DNA of 51,008 nucleotides from Acetobacteraceae bacterium (GCA_025352995.1 JANXRN010000330.1:1-51008), one strand, 5' to 3'; numbered from the stretch's first letter, positions 9,967 to 18,864 are shown. Notes: a model not told the origin generated them from the letters alone. Program-made: numbers and translations.

Positions 9967-11238
9967 ATGGCCGGCCTGCACAAAAGCGACTTCGCCAACC
10001 CAGTGATCAACTGGATTGACACAAGACTGCCCATCTTCACGATGATGCAGAAAGAATATGGCGTGTTCCCGACGCCGAAAAACTTCAATTATTTCTGGAA
10101 TTTCGGCGCGCTGGCGATGATCAATCTGGTCATCATGATCGCCACCGGAATTTTCCTGGCGATGAACTACACGCCACATGTCAGCATGGCCTTCGACAGC
10201 GTCGAACGCATCATGCGAGACGTGAATTATGGCTGGCTGTTACGCTACGTACACGCCAATGGTGCCTCGATGTTCTTCATCGTGACCTACATCCACATCT
10301 TTCGAGGCCTCTACTACGGCTCCTACAAGGCCCCCCGGGAATTGCTATGGATGATCGGTGTGGTGATTTTGCTTATCATGATGGCGACTGCGTTCATGGG
10401 GTATGTGCTTCCCTGGGGGCAAATGTCCTATTGGGGCGCCACAGTCATCACCAACCTGTTCTCGGCCATTCCAGTGGTTGGCGAGTCCGTGGTAACCTGG
10501 CTTTGGGGCGGATTCTCGGTAGATAATCCCACTCTGAACCGATTCTTCAGCCTGCACTTCCTGCTTCCGTTTGTGCTCGTCGGTGTTGTGTTCCTTCATA
10601 TTGCGGCACTCCATGTCACCGGCTCGAACAATCCGCTTGGCATCGATGTCAAAACGCCTCAGGATACGTTGCCGTTCCACCCTTATTATACGATGAAGGA
10701 CAGCGTCGGAATCTGCGTTTATCTGTTGGTATTCGCGGTATTGGTGTGCTTCGCGCCGAACCTGTTTATGGCGGCCGAGAATTATATCCCGGCCAACCCG
10801 CTGGTAACGCCCGCTGAGATCGTACCCGAATGGTACTTTCTACCATTCTACGCCATTCTGCGCGCCGTCCCGTCCAAGCTCGGCGGTGTGTTGCTCATGT
10901 TTGGCGCCATCGCAGTATTGTTTGTGCTGCCCTGGCTGGATACCAGCCCGGTGCGCAGCGCAAAGTTCCGTCCGATTTACCGCAATTTTTTCTGGGTTCT
11001 GCTGGTTGCCGTCGTGGTGCTCGGCTTCGTCGGCGCTCACCGGCCCGAGGGAATTTGGGTCGTCCTCGGGCGTGTTGCGACCTTCTACTACTTCTTTCAC
11101 TTCCTGGTGCTTCTGCCGGTACTTGGCAAACTCGAACGACCTTTGCCGCTGCCTGAAAGCATCAGTCGCGCAGTAACCTCCGGAGGCGGTGGTCCGCTAC
11201 CCGGTGGCGCCACTGCGAAGCCGATGGAGAAAGCCTGA
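9967..11238 (+). CDS. petB: Cytochrome b
   Basis: Polytopic membrane protein with conserved FNYFWNFG and heme-ligand His patterns. Confidence 0.95.
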   Translation: MAGLHKSDFANPVINWIDTRLPIFTMMQKEYGVFPTPKNFNYFWNFGALAMINLVIMIATGIFLAMNYTPHVSMAFDSVERIMRDVNYGWLLRYVHANGASMFFIVTYIHIFRGLYYGSYKAPRELLWMIGVVILLIMMATAFMGYVLPWGQMSYWGATVITNLFSAIPVVGESVVTWLWGGFSVDNPTLNRFFSLHFLLPFVLVGVVFLHIAALHVTGSNNPLGIDVKTPQDTLPFHPYYTMKDSVGICVYLLVFAVLVCFAPNLFMAAENYIPANPLVTPAEIVPEWYFLPFYAILRAVPSKLGGVLLMFGAIAVLFVLPWLDTSPVRSAKFRPIYRNFFWVLLVAVVVLGFVGAHRPEGIWVVLGRVATFYYFFHFLVLLPVLGKLERPLPLPESISRAVTSGGGGPLPGGATAKPMEKA

Positions 11239-11999
11239 TGCGTATCACCCGCGTTCTCACCCTCGTTGCCACGCTTGGCGCTTTGGCCCTTGGTTCCGCC
11301 ATTGCTGAGGAAGCAATCCATTATCCGAAGCAGAAATGGAGCTTCGACGGCCCGTTCGGGACGTTCGATCGCGGCGCGGCCCAGCGCGGTGCTCAGGTCT
11401 ATAAGGAAGTCTGCGCAAACTGCCATTCGTTGAAGATGGCCTACTACCGTGACCTGGGCGGCATAGGGATGCCGCCCGCAGCAATCGCCGCGATCGCTGC
11501 CAGCGTAACCGTGCCGACGATTGGCGATGATGGATCCACGGCTGAACGGCCAGCGCTGGCCTCAGATCATTTTCGTTCGCCGTTCGCAAACGAAAAGGCC
11601 GCCCGGGCTGCAAATGGCGGGGCTTTGCCGCCTGATTTATCCGTTATCACGAAAGCACGAGAGGACGGCGAGGACTATTTATATGCGCTGCTTCTCGGCT
11701 ACGGAGATGCGCCTGCCAGCCTCAAAATGGGCGACGGCATGCATTACAATAAGATGTTCCCTGGCAGCCAGATCGGCATGCCTCGGCCGTTGAACGACGG
11801 CCAGCTGGAATACGGCGACGGAACCAAGGCCACAACCGAGCAAATGTCGCGTGACGTGGTGACTTTCCTGTCGTACATCGCCAACCCGGAGATGGAAGCC
11901 CGCAAGCGCCTCGGGGTGAAGATGGTGCTGTTTCTTGTGTTGATGACCGGCCTCACTTACGCGGTAAAGCGCAAGGTCTGGGCTGACGTCGACCACTGA
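11238..11999 (+). CDS. petC: Cytochrome c1
   Basis: Signal peptide, CANCHS heme-c motif and a C-terminal TM anchor. Start overlaps the petB stop. Confidence 0.9.
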   Translation: MRITRVLTLVATLGALALGSAIAEEAIHYPKQKWSFDGPFGTFDRGAAQRGAQVYKEVCANCHSLKMAYYRDLGGIGMPPAAIAAIAASVTVPTIGDDGSTAERPALASDHFRSPFANEKAARAANGGALPPDLSVITKAREDGEDYLYALLLGYGDAPASLKMGDGMHYNKMFPGSQIGMPRPLNDGQLEYGDGTKATTEQMSRDVVTFLSYIANPEMEARKRLGVKMVLFLVLMTGLTYAVKRKVWADVDH

Positions 12000-12023
12000 T
12001 CTGCACTGGCTGCCAGATTAGTT

Positions 12024-12072
12024 CCGCCGCGCTTCTTCCCCCCAATAATGGGGTGCGAAGCGCGGCGGTGTC
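12024..12072 (+). terminator. Long stem-loop after petC
   Basis: CCGCCGCGCTTC ... GAAGCGCGGCGG 12-bp perfect inverted repeat with a nested CCCC/GGGG pair, followed by TGTCGTTTG. Confidence 0.5.
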
Positions 12073-12092
12073 GTTTGAAGGAATGGGTACTA

Positions 12093-12998
12093 ATGACCGA
12101 CGTTGACCTGATTACCCCTGTCATTGGTATTATTGGTGGCTCGGGCATCTACGATATTGACGGTTTGGAAAACAAGGCCTGGCGCCGGGTCATGACGCCT
12201 TGGGGTGCTCCATCGGATGAAGTTTTGGAAGGGATGCTGGGTGGCACGCGATGTGTGTTTCTTCCGCGACACGGGCGCGGCCATCCTCTATCCCCGAGCC
12301 ATTTAAACTATCGGGCGAACATCGATGCGTTGAAGCGCCTTGGATGCACCGATGTGCTGTCCCTGTCTGCGGTCGGCAGCTTGCGCGCCAATTTGCCGCC
12401 CGGCCATTTTGTGATCGTCGACCAGTTCATCGATCGCAGCTTTGCCCGCGAGAAAAGCTTCTTCGGCGACGGCTGTGTCGCCCACGTTTCCGTCGCCGAC
12501 CCAGTGTGCCCCCGTTTGGGAGACGCCTTGGAGGCCTCAGCGCGTCATCTGGGTCTGCCGGTCACCCGTGGGGGGACATATTTGGTCATGGAGGGGCCGC
12601 AATTCTCCACCAGGGCAGAAAGCGAGCTCTATCGCAGCTGGGGATGTTCGGTCATCGGCATGACTAACATGCCGGAAGCAAAGCTGGCCCGCGAGGCCGA
12701 GCTTTGTTACGCAACGGTCGCAATGGTGACCGATTACGATTGCTGGCACCCGGATCACGACGCGGTGTCGGTCGAAATGGTCGTCAAAACGCTATTTGCC
12801 AATGCCGATCGTGCGCGGTCATTGGTCCGTGATGTGGTGCCTCGTATTTCTGCGCATCGCCCGCCATGTGAGGCTGGCTGCGATCGTGCGCTGGAATACG
12901 CAATCATCACCGCCCCGGAGCGACGGGACCCGGCCTTGATGTCCAAGCTCGATGCCGTAGCAGGAAGGATGCTGGTGACTGGCCCGGTTTCCGCCTGA
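12093..12998 (+). CDS. mtnP: S-methyl-5'-thioadenosine phosphorylase
   Basis: IGIIGGSGIYD, FLPRHGRGH and MTNMPEAKLAREAE motifs. ATG at 12093. Confidence 0.88.
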   Translation: MTDVDLITPVIGIIGGSGIYDIDGLENKAWRRVMTPWGAPSDEVLEGMLGGTRCVFLPRHGRGHPLSPSHLNYRANIDALKRLGCTDVLSLSAVGSLRANLPPGHFVIVDQFIDRSFAREKSFFGDGCVAHVSVADPVCPRLGDALEASARHLGLPVTRGGTYLVMEGPQFSTRAESELYRSWGCSVIGMTNMPEAKLAREAELCYATVAMVTDYDCWHPDHDAVSVEMVVKTLFANADRARSLVRDVVPRISAHRPPCEAGCDRALEYAIITAPERRDPALMSKLDAVAGRMLVTGPVSA

Positions 12999-13054
12999 CC
13001 GGGAACCGGCCAGAATTTCTTTGATGACGAAATTGCTCGCCTGCCGATGCCTGA

Positions 13055-13900
13055 TTAGCTGAAGTTCTGTACTATCAACTTTGGCGCAATGCCGGCTTCA
13101 CGTGCATGCAACTCTGCGGCTGCATTCGTCGCGAAGTCACCAGCGTGGATACCACCCAAGACCCAGCAACTATCGATCGCGACCCCGCGCGCGCCGGCAA
13201 TATCGGTGCGCAGCGTGTCACCGACAGCTAACACCCGGTTCGCCGGCAGATCCAGCATTCGTAAAACCGGCGCGTAAATCGCTGGATCTGGCTTACCAAT
13301 CCAGCGTGCCTGCCCTCCGATTTCTTCATATCTTTGGGCCAATGCGCCCGCACAGATCAGCCGCGTAGAGCCTCGCATGACTTCGAGATCCGGGTTGGAA
13401 CAAATCATCGGCAACCCGGCATCGTGAAACGATTGAAGCATATCATTCCAGTCCCCCAATTCGGTTGGACCGCCGGCGTCGTCGGGTCCGGTATTGAGGA
13501 CAAAATCGGCATTCTGGGGTCGATCAACCAGCACCAGCTCCAAACCCGCAATAACATTGCGGTCGCGTTCGGGGCCAAGATGGAACACGTTCCTGCCCAA
13601 CGCCGCAAACCAAGCATCGGCTCTATCCCGCAACAGGATATGGGTTGCCTCGCCGCTGGTCATGATGTCGGTATATAAATTGTCGGCAATGCCCATTGCT
13701 CGCAAGCCAACCTGCGCCGCAGCGGCGCGCCGCGGGGCGTTCGACAATAGAACAATGCGCTTCCCGGCGTCACGCAGCCTCGCCAAACATGCGGCAGTTC
13801 CCGAATATGGTTGGACGCCATCATGGATGACCCCCCAAAGATCGAGGATAAAGCCGTCATAATCACTCTCGATCTCAGCAAAGCTTGACAAAAACCGCAT
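13055..13900 (-). CDS. HAD-superfamily subfamily IIA hydrolase
   Basis: DLWGVIHDG (DxDG-type motif I), LLSNAPR and VGDTLRTDIAGA motifs. Start overlaps the pyrD stop as ATGA. Confidence 0.8.
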   Translation of the reverse strand: MRFLSSFAEIESDYDGFILDLWGVIHDGVQPYSGTAACLARLRDAGKRIVLLSNAPRRAAAAQVGLRAMGIADNLYTDIMTSGEATHILLRDRADAWFAALGRNVFHLGPERDRNVIAGLELVLVDRPQNADFVLNTGPDDAGGPTELGDWNDMLQSFHDAGLPMICSNPDLEVMRGSTRLICAGALAQRYEEIGGQARWIGKPDPAIYAPVLRMLDLPANRVLAVGDTLRTDIAGARGVAIDSCWVLGGIHAGDFATNAAAELHAREAGIAPKLIVQNFS

Positions 13901-14955
13901 CAACCCTGCCTCATATCAGCACCAATTGCGGCGGTGACATTTTCAAAACCCTCACGATCCAAACAGTCCAGTAACTCGCGTTTCAAGCGAGGGATGAGCG
14001 CGGGCCCCTCATAAGCAAAGCTCGAATATATCTGCACCGCACTCGCACCAGCGCGCAGTTTTGTTAAGACGTCCTTGCCTGAAAACACCCCACCGACGCC
14101 TACCAATGCCAATCTTCCGCGTCCCAAACGAGCAACACGGCGCAGCATATCGGTAGAAAGGTCAAATAGCGGCCCACCCGACAGCCCGCCGAGTTCCTTC
14201 CCGTGTTGGGAAATGAGGCTGGATGGCCGCGAGATCGTGGTGTTCGATATAATCAGACCATCCGCGCCTTCGTCGACACATGTCTCGACGACACTCTCCA
14301 CTGCTTGGGACGCCAGGTCGGGCGCAAGCTTCACAAGCAATGGCGGCCGGGAGGGGACCGCGGCTGCGATGGAGCGGAGGATCGCTCGTAGCCGTTCCTC
14401 CCCCTGAAGATCACGTAGTCCAGGCGTATTGGGGGACGACACGTTGATGACGATGTAATCGACATAGGGGGCAACCGACGCCACCAAAAACGGGTAGTCA
14501 CGCAAAGGGTCAGCACCCTCCTTGTTGATCCCGACATTCGCGCCCACCGGGCGCCCACCTCCGCGTGATTTCTTCAATCTTTCAACATACGCGTCAAGGC
14601 CCGCATTGTTAAAGCCCATGCGATTAATGATCGCGCGATCTTCGGTAAGACGAAAGAGGCGCGGCCGGGGATTCCCGTTTTGTGGGAGGGGGGTAACAGA
14701 GCCAGTTTCCAAAAAACCAAAACCAAGGCGCGACAGGCCCGCAATCGCTGTTGCATTTTTATCGAAACCGGCGGCTAGCCCTATCGGGTTCGAAAGAGGA
14801 AGACCAGCCAGATTTGAGTTCAGTCGACTATCGTCGATTTGCGACGATGTCCCCATCAATCCCGACGCGAGCGCCAATAGCGACAGCCGATGCGCTCGCT
14901 CAGGATCAATGGAGCGCATCAGCGGCATCAGGGAGGAGGCAAGCGATATAAACAT
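13900..14955 (-). CDS. pyrD: Dihydroorotate dehydrogenase (quinone), class 2
   Basis: GFLETGSVTP, NVSSPNTPGLR and GVGGVFSG motifs. Confidence 0.92.
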   Translation of the reverse strand: MFISLASSLMPLMRSIDPERAHRLSLLALASGLMGTSSQIDDSRLNSNLAGLPLSNPIGLAAGFDKNATAIAGLSRLGFGFLETGSVTPLPQNGNPRPRLFRLTEDRAIINRMGFNNAGLDAYVERLKKSRGGGRPVGANVGINKEGADPLRDYPFLVASVAPYVDYIVINVSSPNTPGLRDLQGEERLRAILRSIAAAVPSRPPLLVKLAPDLASQAVESVVETCVDEGADGLIISNTTISRPSSLISQHGKELGGLSGGPLFDLSTDMLRRVARLGRGRLALVGVGGVFSGKDVLTKLRAGASAVQIYSSFAYEGPALIPRLKRELLDCLDREGFENVTAAIGADMRQG

Positions 14956-15105
14956 CCGCGCTTCCTGCCTCAAACTCAGCGGGTTGGGAAGCCCTGAACA
15001 CGAGCGCTATCGTTTGGTCCGCTGATTATACCTCGCCAGATTGGCTCTCAAGTCGGGTCTCGACTCGCGGCGCGGCTCGTTCATCTGGAGTTCCCCGATG
15101 AAACG

Positions 15106-15360
15106 CTAGTTGAAAGGTGCGACGACAACCTTGCGCGCCCCTTGCGCGTTGCGCAGACCGCCGACGATCATCATTTTGCCGCCATCGGCCGCTGCGATCA
15201 GCAGCATGTCACCAACCGCAAGCATATCGGATGCGGTATCAAAATATCCATCACGCGCAATATCAACCAAGGCTGCCTCTCCGCCCTGATAGTGCCAAAG
15301 AGTGAAGCCCTGCGCATAGGCGAGAACGGACATCGAACGGATCGAAACATTATGTGACAT
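15106..15360 (-). CDS. Small conserved hypothetical protein (84 aa)
   Basis: ATG at 15360 preceded by GAGGA. Protein MSHNVSIRSMSVLAYAQGFTLWHYQGG.. looks globular. The ORF-track extension to 15456 would run through a terminator hairpin. Confidence 0.55.
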   Translation of the reverse strand: MSHNVSIRSMSVLAYAQGFTLWHYQGGEAALVDIARDGYFDTASDMLAVGDMLLIAAADGGKMMIVGGLRNAQGARKVVVAPFN

Positions 15361-15371
15361 AGGATTGGTCC

Positions 15372-15408
15372 TCAAAAAAAAAGCTGCCTCCCGGATGGGA
15401 GGCAGCTT
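15372..15408 (-). terminator. Strong rho-independent terminator directly abutting the RBS of the 84-aa gene
   Basis: On the minus strand, AAGCTGCCTCCC-ATCC-GGGAGGCAGCTT (12-bp perfect stem) is followed by T9, then GAGGA and the ATG. Confidence 0.75.
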
Positions 15409-15520
15409 GGAGTGGGATAGGCGGTCAACCTGTGGGCAGAGTCCGCCTGCCGACACCGAATGTTTAGTCGAGGAAGGGAAAAATTGTCAACGTTTTTTTT
15501 CCTATTATTAACTAATTTTC

Positions 15521-15913
15521 CTAACCAACAATTCCTTTGATCCTCAGTGGCCACTCAAGCCTGGCGAGCGCATCATTCCAAAGTTCAAACTCAACCCGCT
15601 CGCCTGGATGGTAAGCGTCCGGTGGCGTCTGTCGCTCGCCCCAGATGCGCAGAATACGTGCGTGCCGGAGTTGAATTTTTCCAGCGCAATAGAGACGATC
15701 AAGGCTTTTAACCACATCATCTGGATCGCACGGCCTCGGAACACCCCCGCCACTGCGGCCGGAGCCTTCACGACGCGCCCGTAAAGCGCCCATCGTCCAA
15801 AACCATGCTTCAGCAACCGACCGAAATGGAACGCTTAAGGTTCGCACAGTCTCATGGCGCCCTGCCTGGGTCCGCCTGGCCATCGCTGGACGGCAAAGTG
15901 TGTTCGTCGTCAT
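15521..15913 (-). CDS. Small basic Trp-rich hypothetical protein (130 aa), probably SOS-regulated; possible regulator
   Basis: ATG at 15913 with GGAAAG upstream. A LexA-type box lies 38-52 nt upstream of the start. The segment LDRLYCAGKIQLRHARILRIWGERQ is vaguely sigma-region-4/HTH-like. No family was recognised with confidence. Confidence 0.5.
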   Translation of the reverse strand: MTTNTLCRPAMARRTQAGRHETVRTLSVPFRSVAEAWFWTMGALRARREGSGRSGGGVPRPCDPDDVVKSLDRLYCAGKIQLRHARILRIWGERQTPPDAYHPGERVEFELWNDALARLEWPLRIKGIVG

Positions 15914-15950
15914 TTTCGAAAACTTTCCTATTTCACGCAACGCGGCCTAA

Positions 15951-15965
15951 GAACATATCATGAAC
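15951..15965. promoter_or_regulatory. Alphaproteobacterial SOS (LexA) box GAAC-N7-GAAC
   Basis: GAACATATCATGAAC matches the direct-repeat consensus exactly. It sits in the divergent intergenic region and overlaps a TGATATGTT extended -10-like element for the minus-strand gene. Confidence 0.6.
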
Positions 15966-15975
15966 ATACAAACAT

Positions 15976-15992
15976 GCTCTGATAATCAGAGC
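15976..15992. promoter_or_regulatory. 17-bp perfect palindrome, candidate operator
   Basis: GCTCTGAT-A-ATCAGAGC lies between a TTGACG -35-like hexamer and the SOS box. Confidence 0.5.
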
Positions 15993-16127
15993 AATCGTCA
16001 ATTCATAATTTTTTCCTATTTAACTTTGCGAACTTTCCTATCACACTAGAGTAACAGTGTTCCGCGCTATCAGGTCCCAGATTGGGTGAGCGCAAAGCGT
16101 TGGAAATAGCTCCGAGGACCAAGCCAA

Positions 16128-16775
16128 ATGAAGCACAACGAAGTATGGCGCGCACTTGACACTCTGGCGGAGGAGCACGGCCTCTCACCATCTGGACTTG
16201 CGAAACGCGCGGGTTTGGACGCGACCACTTTCAACCCATCAAAACGCACCATGCCTGACGGACGCGCACGTTGGCCCAGCACGGAAAGCGTGGCCAAAGC
16301 CCTGGACGCAACAAATGTCTCGATTGATGCGTTTGCCGCCCTGGTAAGCGGCGCCAGGACCCTTCCCGGCGGCGGGCGGGCGAATACCGTACGTCGCATT
16401 CCGCTCATCGGGTTGGCCCAGGCCGGTAGCGAAGGTTATTTTGACGACGGTGGCTATCCGGTTGGCGGCAGTTGGGATGAAGTGAGCCTACCCGAAGTGG
16501 GGGATCCACATGCCTATGCGTTGGAAATCAGCGGCGACTCGATGGAACCAGTATTTCGTGACGGCGACCTTGTGATCGTCTCGCCCGCCGCACCACTCCG
16601 CCGCGGCGATCGGGTCGTGATCAGGATCGGAACTGGCGCAGTCATGGCCAAACAACTTGCCAGGCGCTCTGCCCGCCGCGTGGAACTTCGCAGCCTCAAC
16701 CCACTTCACCCCGACTACAGCTTTGATCTGAGCGAGGTCACTTGGATCCATCGGATCATTTGGGCCAGTCAATAG
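16128..16775 (+). CDS. CI/LexA-like repressor: XRE-type HTH plus S24 autopeptidase domain
   Basis: N-terminal HTH (LSPSGLAKRAGLDATTFN) and C-terminal S24 motifs (EISGDSMEP, and a Lys in VMAKQL). GAGGA RBS. Confidence 0.85.
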   Translation: MKHNEVWRALDTLAEEHGLSPSGLAKRAGLDATTFNPSKRTMPDGRARWPSTESVAKALDATNVSIDAFAALVSGARTLPGGGRANTVRRIPLIGLAQAGSEGYFDDGGYPVGGSWDEVSLPEVGDPHAYALEISGDSMEPVFRDGDLVIVSPAAPLRRGDRVVIRIGTGAVMAKQLARRSARRVELRSLNPLHPDYSFDLSEVTWIHRIIWASQ

Positions 16776-16783
16776 GTCTCAGC

Positions 16784-18058
16784 TCATGCCAATCTCGGGT
16801 TCAGCCATCTCGCCCACGCATTGCGATTGCTAGGGTGACCGGGCGCCATTTCGGTCTGAAGAATAATTCGATGCCGTCCAAAAGCCGCCTCGAACTCCAG
16901 TTCGATCGGCTCCTTACAGCCCTCGACCAGCGTCCTACTCGTCTCAGCGACAACTCGGCCATCCTCCGTTTCAATTCTAAGCAGAAAGCGAACCGGAGAT
17001 GACTGAACGCCAGCGTGCATGACCCAAGTCAACGCACGTGATTGTCCGGAAAGCGACCGTGGGAAAATCAACCGCGCAGGCCGCTCAACCGTGGGCGAGT
17101 TGGGGTGGAGCTGACAGGACGTCCCATCGAACGTAAAAAATCCCCAAGGAACAGGGTCAACGTCCTGCACAAAAAAGGGCGATACGGTCACGCCAGGATT
17201 GATCAACACTATTTCAGGAGCGGCCGGATCAAGCAATGCGTGAAACGGCAGTTTACGCTCAAAGACTGCTACCTCGCCAAACACCGATTGTGCAATGTCC
17301 ACAGGATCGAAACAAGCTTCCACCGCGTGCGAAGCCCCGGAAACAATGTCGTCGTGAGTCACTATCAGCAATGCATCAAGCGTGTTGAGCCAGCGGGATT
17401 TTGGGTCTGCGAACACCGCAATTTCGGCGCCTGCAATGCTACATTTGATCAGATCAACATGCGGCCATTCTGCAGATTGCAACAATGTTGCGATCGTTTG
17501 GGCGTCACACGAGATCCCTCCTTGCTCAACACCATCCGACAAATACATCCCAGCTTCACCTTCGAGAACCGTATGAGGCGATAGCCGGGCCGCATGACCC
17601 CAGACGCCTACATTTCGGCAGATGATGTTTGGATAAGGCAAGGTATTGAGCAGAAGCACACGGAAAGCAGCGACCATCGGTTCGACACACAGGATTTTGG
17701 CGTCAGGGAAGCGCTGAGCGAAATGTACTGCGGCATAGCCTACATAGGCCCCAAGATCCAAAATCCTCCGCGGCCGTGCTTTCAAAGGTACATCATATCG
17801 CTGCTGCAGAAATATCTGGACCATACTTGCAACATCGGTCGACCCGTGCCGAAAAAACAGAGGGTGCGACAATTCTGGTAGTACAGCCCATCCCAGCCCT
17901 GTTGTCGCTGCCGCTACTCGACCCAAAAGACTGAAATAAGCTTGCCGCAACGACTGGTCTCCTGGCGCGCGCCGCATATCTTCCTCACGTCCTAGCTTTT
18001 CCGCCAAATCCGAGAAGGCGTGCGTATGCGCCGAGTTGTCCAACGAAGAATAATTCAT
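16784..18058 (-). CDS. FkbM-family SAM-dependent methyltransferase with an uncharacterised ~170-aa C-terminal domain
   Basis: ILDLGAYVGY motif I, VEP and LIKCSIAGAE blocks typical of FkbM-type methyltransferases. No motif was recognised in the C-terminal half. Confidence 0.65.
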   Translation of the reverse strand: MNYSSLDNSAHTHAFSDLAEKLGREEDMRRAPGDQSLRQAYFSLLGRVAAATTGLGWAVLPELSHPLFFRHGSTDVASMVQIFLQQRYDVPLKARPRRILDLGAYVGYAAVHFAQRFPDAKILCVEPMVAAFRVLLLNTLPYPNIICRNVGVWGHAARLSPHTVLEGEAGMYLSDGVEQGGISCDAQTIATLLQSAEWPHVDLIKCSIAGAEIAVFADPKSRWLNTLDALLIVTHDDIVSGASHAVEACFDPVDIAQSVFGEVAVFERKLPFHALLDPAAPEIVLINPGVTVSPFFVQDVDPVPWGFFTFDGTSCQLHPNSPTVERPARLIFPRSLSGQSRALTWVMHAGVQSSPVRFLLRIETEDGRVVAETSRTLVEGCKEPIELEFEAAFGRHRIILQTEMAPGHPSNRNAWARWLNPRLA

Positions 18059-18216
18059 AGCTCATTCCACCGAAACATATATATCGCGACTCAGGCAACG
18101 CCATCCCATGCACTGTGCCACATGTTCAGTTTCACTGCATTTCTTTACTGCGGGTCCCAGCGGACAGAAGCACCGACGGTTCCCGTCACCCGGCATCATG
18201 TTCCGGACACAGGTAT

Positions 18217-18232
18217 TTAACGAATAATTAAC
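18217..18232. promoter_or_regulatory. Consensus CtrA-type box TTAA-N7-TTAAC
   Basis: TTAACGAATAATTAAC lies in the divergent region between the FkbM-like gene and the MarR gene. Confidence 0.5.
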
Positions 18233-18336
18233 GTTGAATTATCGATTGCAAGTAGCTAGGCTGCGTTATGCGATTTGTAGGTTTGGGCGACACCAAATTT
18301 GCAGCCGTAAAAATGTCCATACAGGAGGATGCCAAC

Positions 18337-18687
18337 ATGGCCGCTACGATACCCCCAGAGAAACTGTTAGGTATGCTCCGCGACGCCATTATTGGAACGG
18401 TACGGCGGGACGGCCCCGACCTATCCGCCCGTCAGTTCGGCGTTATGTTGATTAGCTATCTCGAAGACGGTCCGCACACTGTACGCGGATTGGCAGCCAG
18501 ACTGGAGGTTTCCAAACCCGCTATTACGCGATCACTCGACCGGCTAGCGGAGCTTGGGCTCGCAAAACGGTCACCCGATCTGCGGGACCGGAGATCCGTT
18601 CTTGTCACCCGCACGCGTAAGGGTCAAGATTTCGTTTCAGATATTAGGACTAATTTGGTTGCCGCATCGAAGGCCAAAGGGGCCTGA
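18337..18687 (+). CDS. MarR-family winged-helix transcriptional regulator
   Basis: The ATG at 18337 follows AGGAGGA. Sequence LSARQFGVMLISYL..TVRGLAARLEVSKPAITRSLDRLAELGLAKR..DLRDRRSVLV. Confidence 0.8.
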   Translation: MAATIPPEKLLGMLRDAIIGTVRRDGPDLSARQFGVMLISYLEDGPHTVRGLAARLEVSKPAITRSLDRLAELGLAKRSPDLRDRRSVLVTRTRKGQDFVSDIRTNLVAASKAKGA

Positions 18688-18864
18688 CGGCCGGTTGCCG
18701 GATAAAGCAGGCAATCAACGCAGCCCGGTCGAGGCCGCACTTTGCTGGGCAGTGTCCCGAAGCGCGCAATTTGACGGCCTGTGCCGCCAAATTGGCCCCC
18801 GCGCCGGCACTGTGGCGAAAATGGCTAAACTAACGCACTGCCATAAACGATCGCGCTTGCACGG

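Noticed and set aside
16128-16775. Calling this gene the cellular lexA
   Set aside because: The N-terminus is an XRE/CI-type HTH rather than the LexA winged helix (MLTRKQ...LE.kG.i.R pattern). It is better described as a CI-like S24 repressor.
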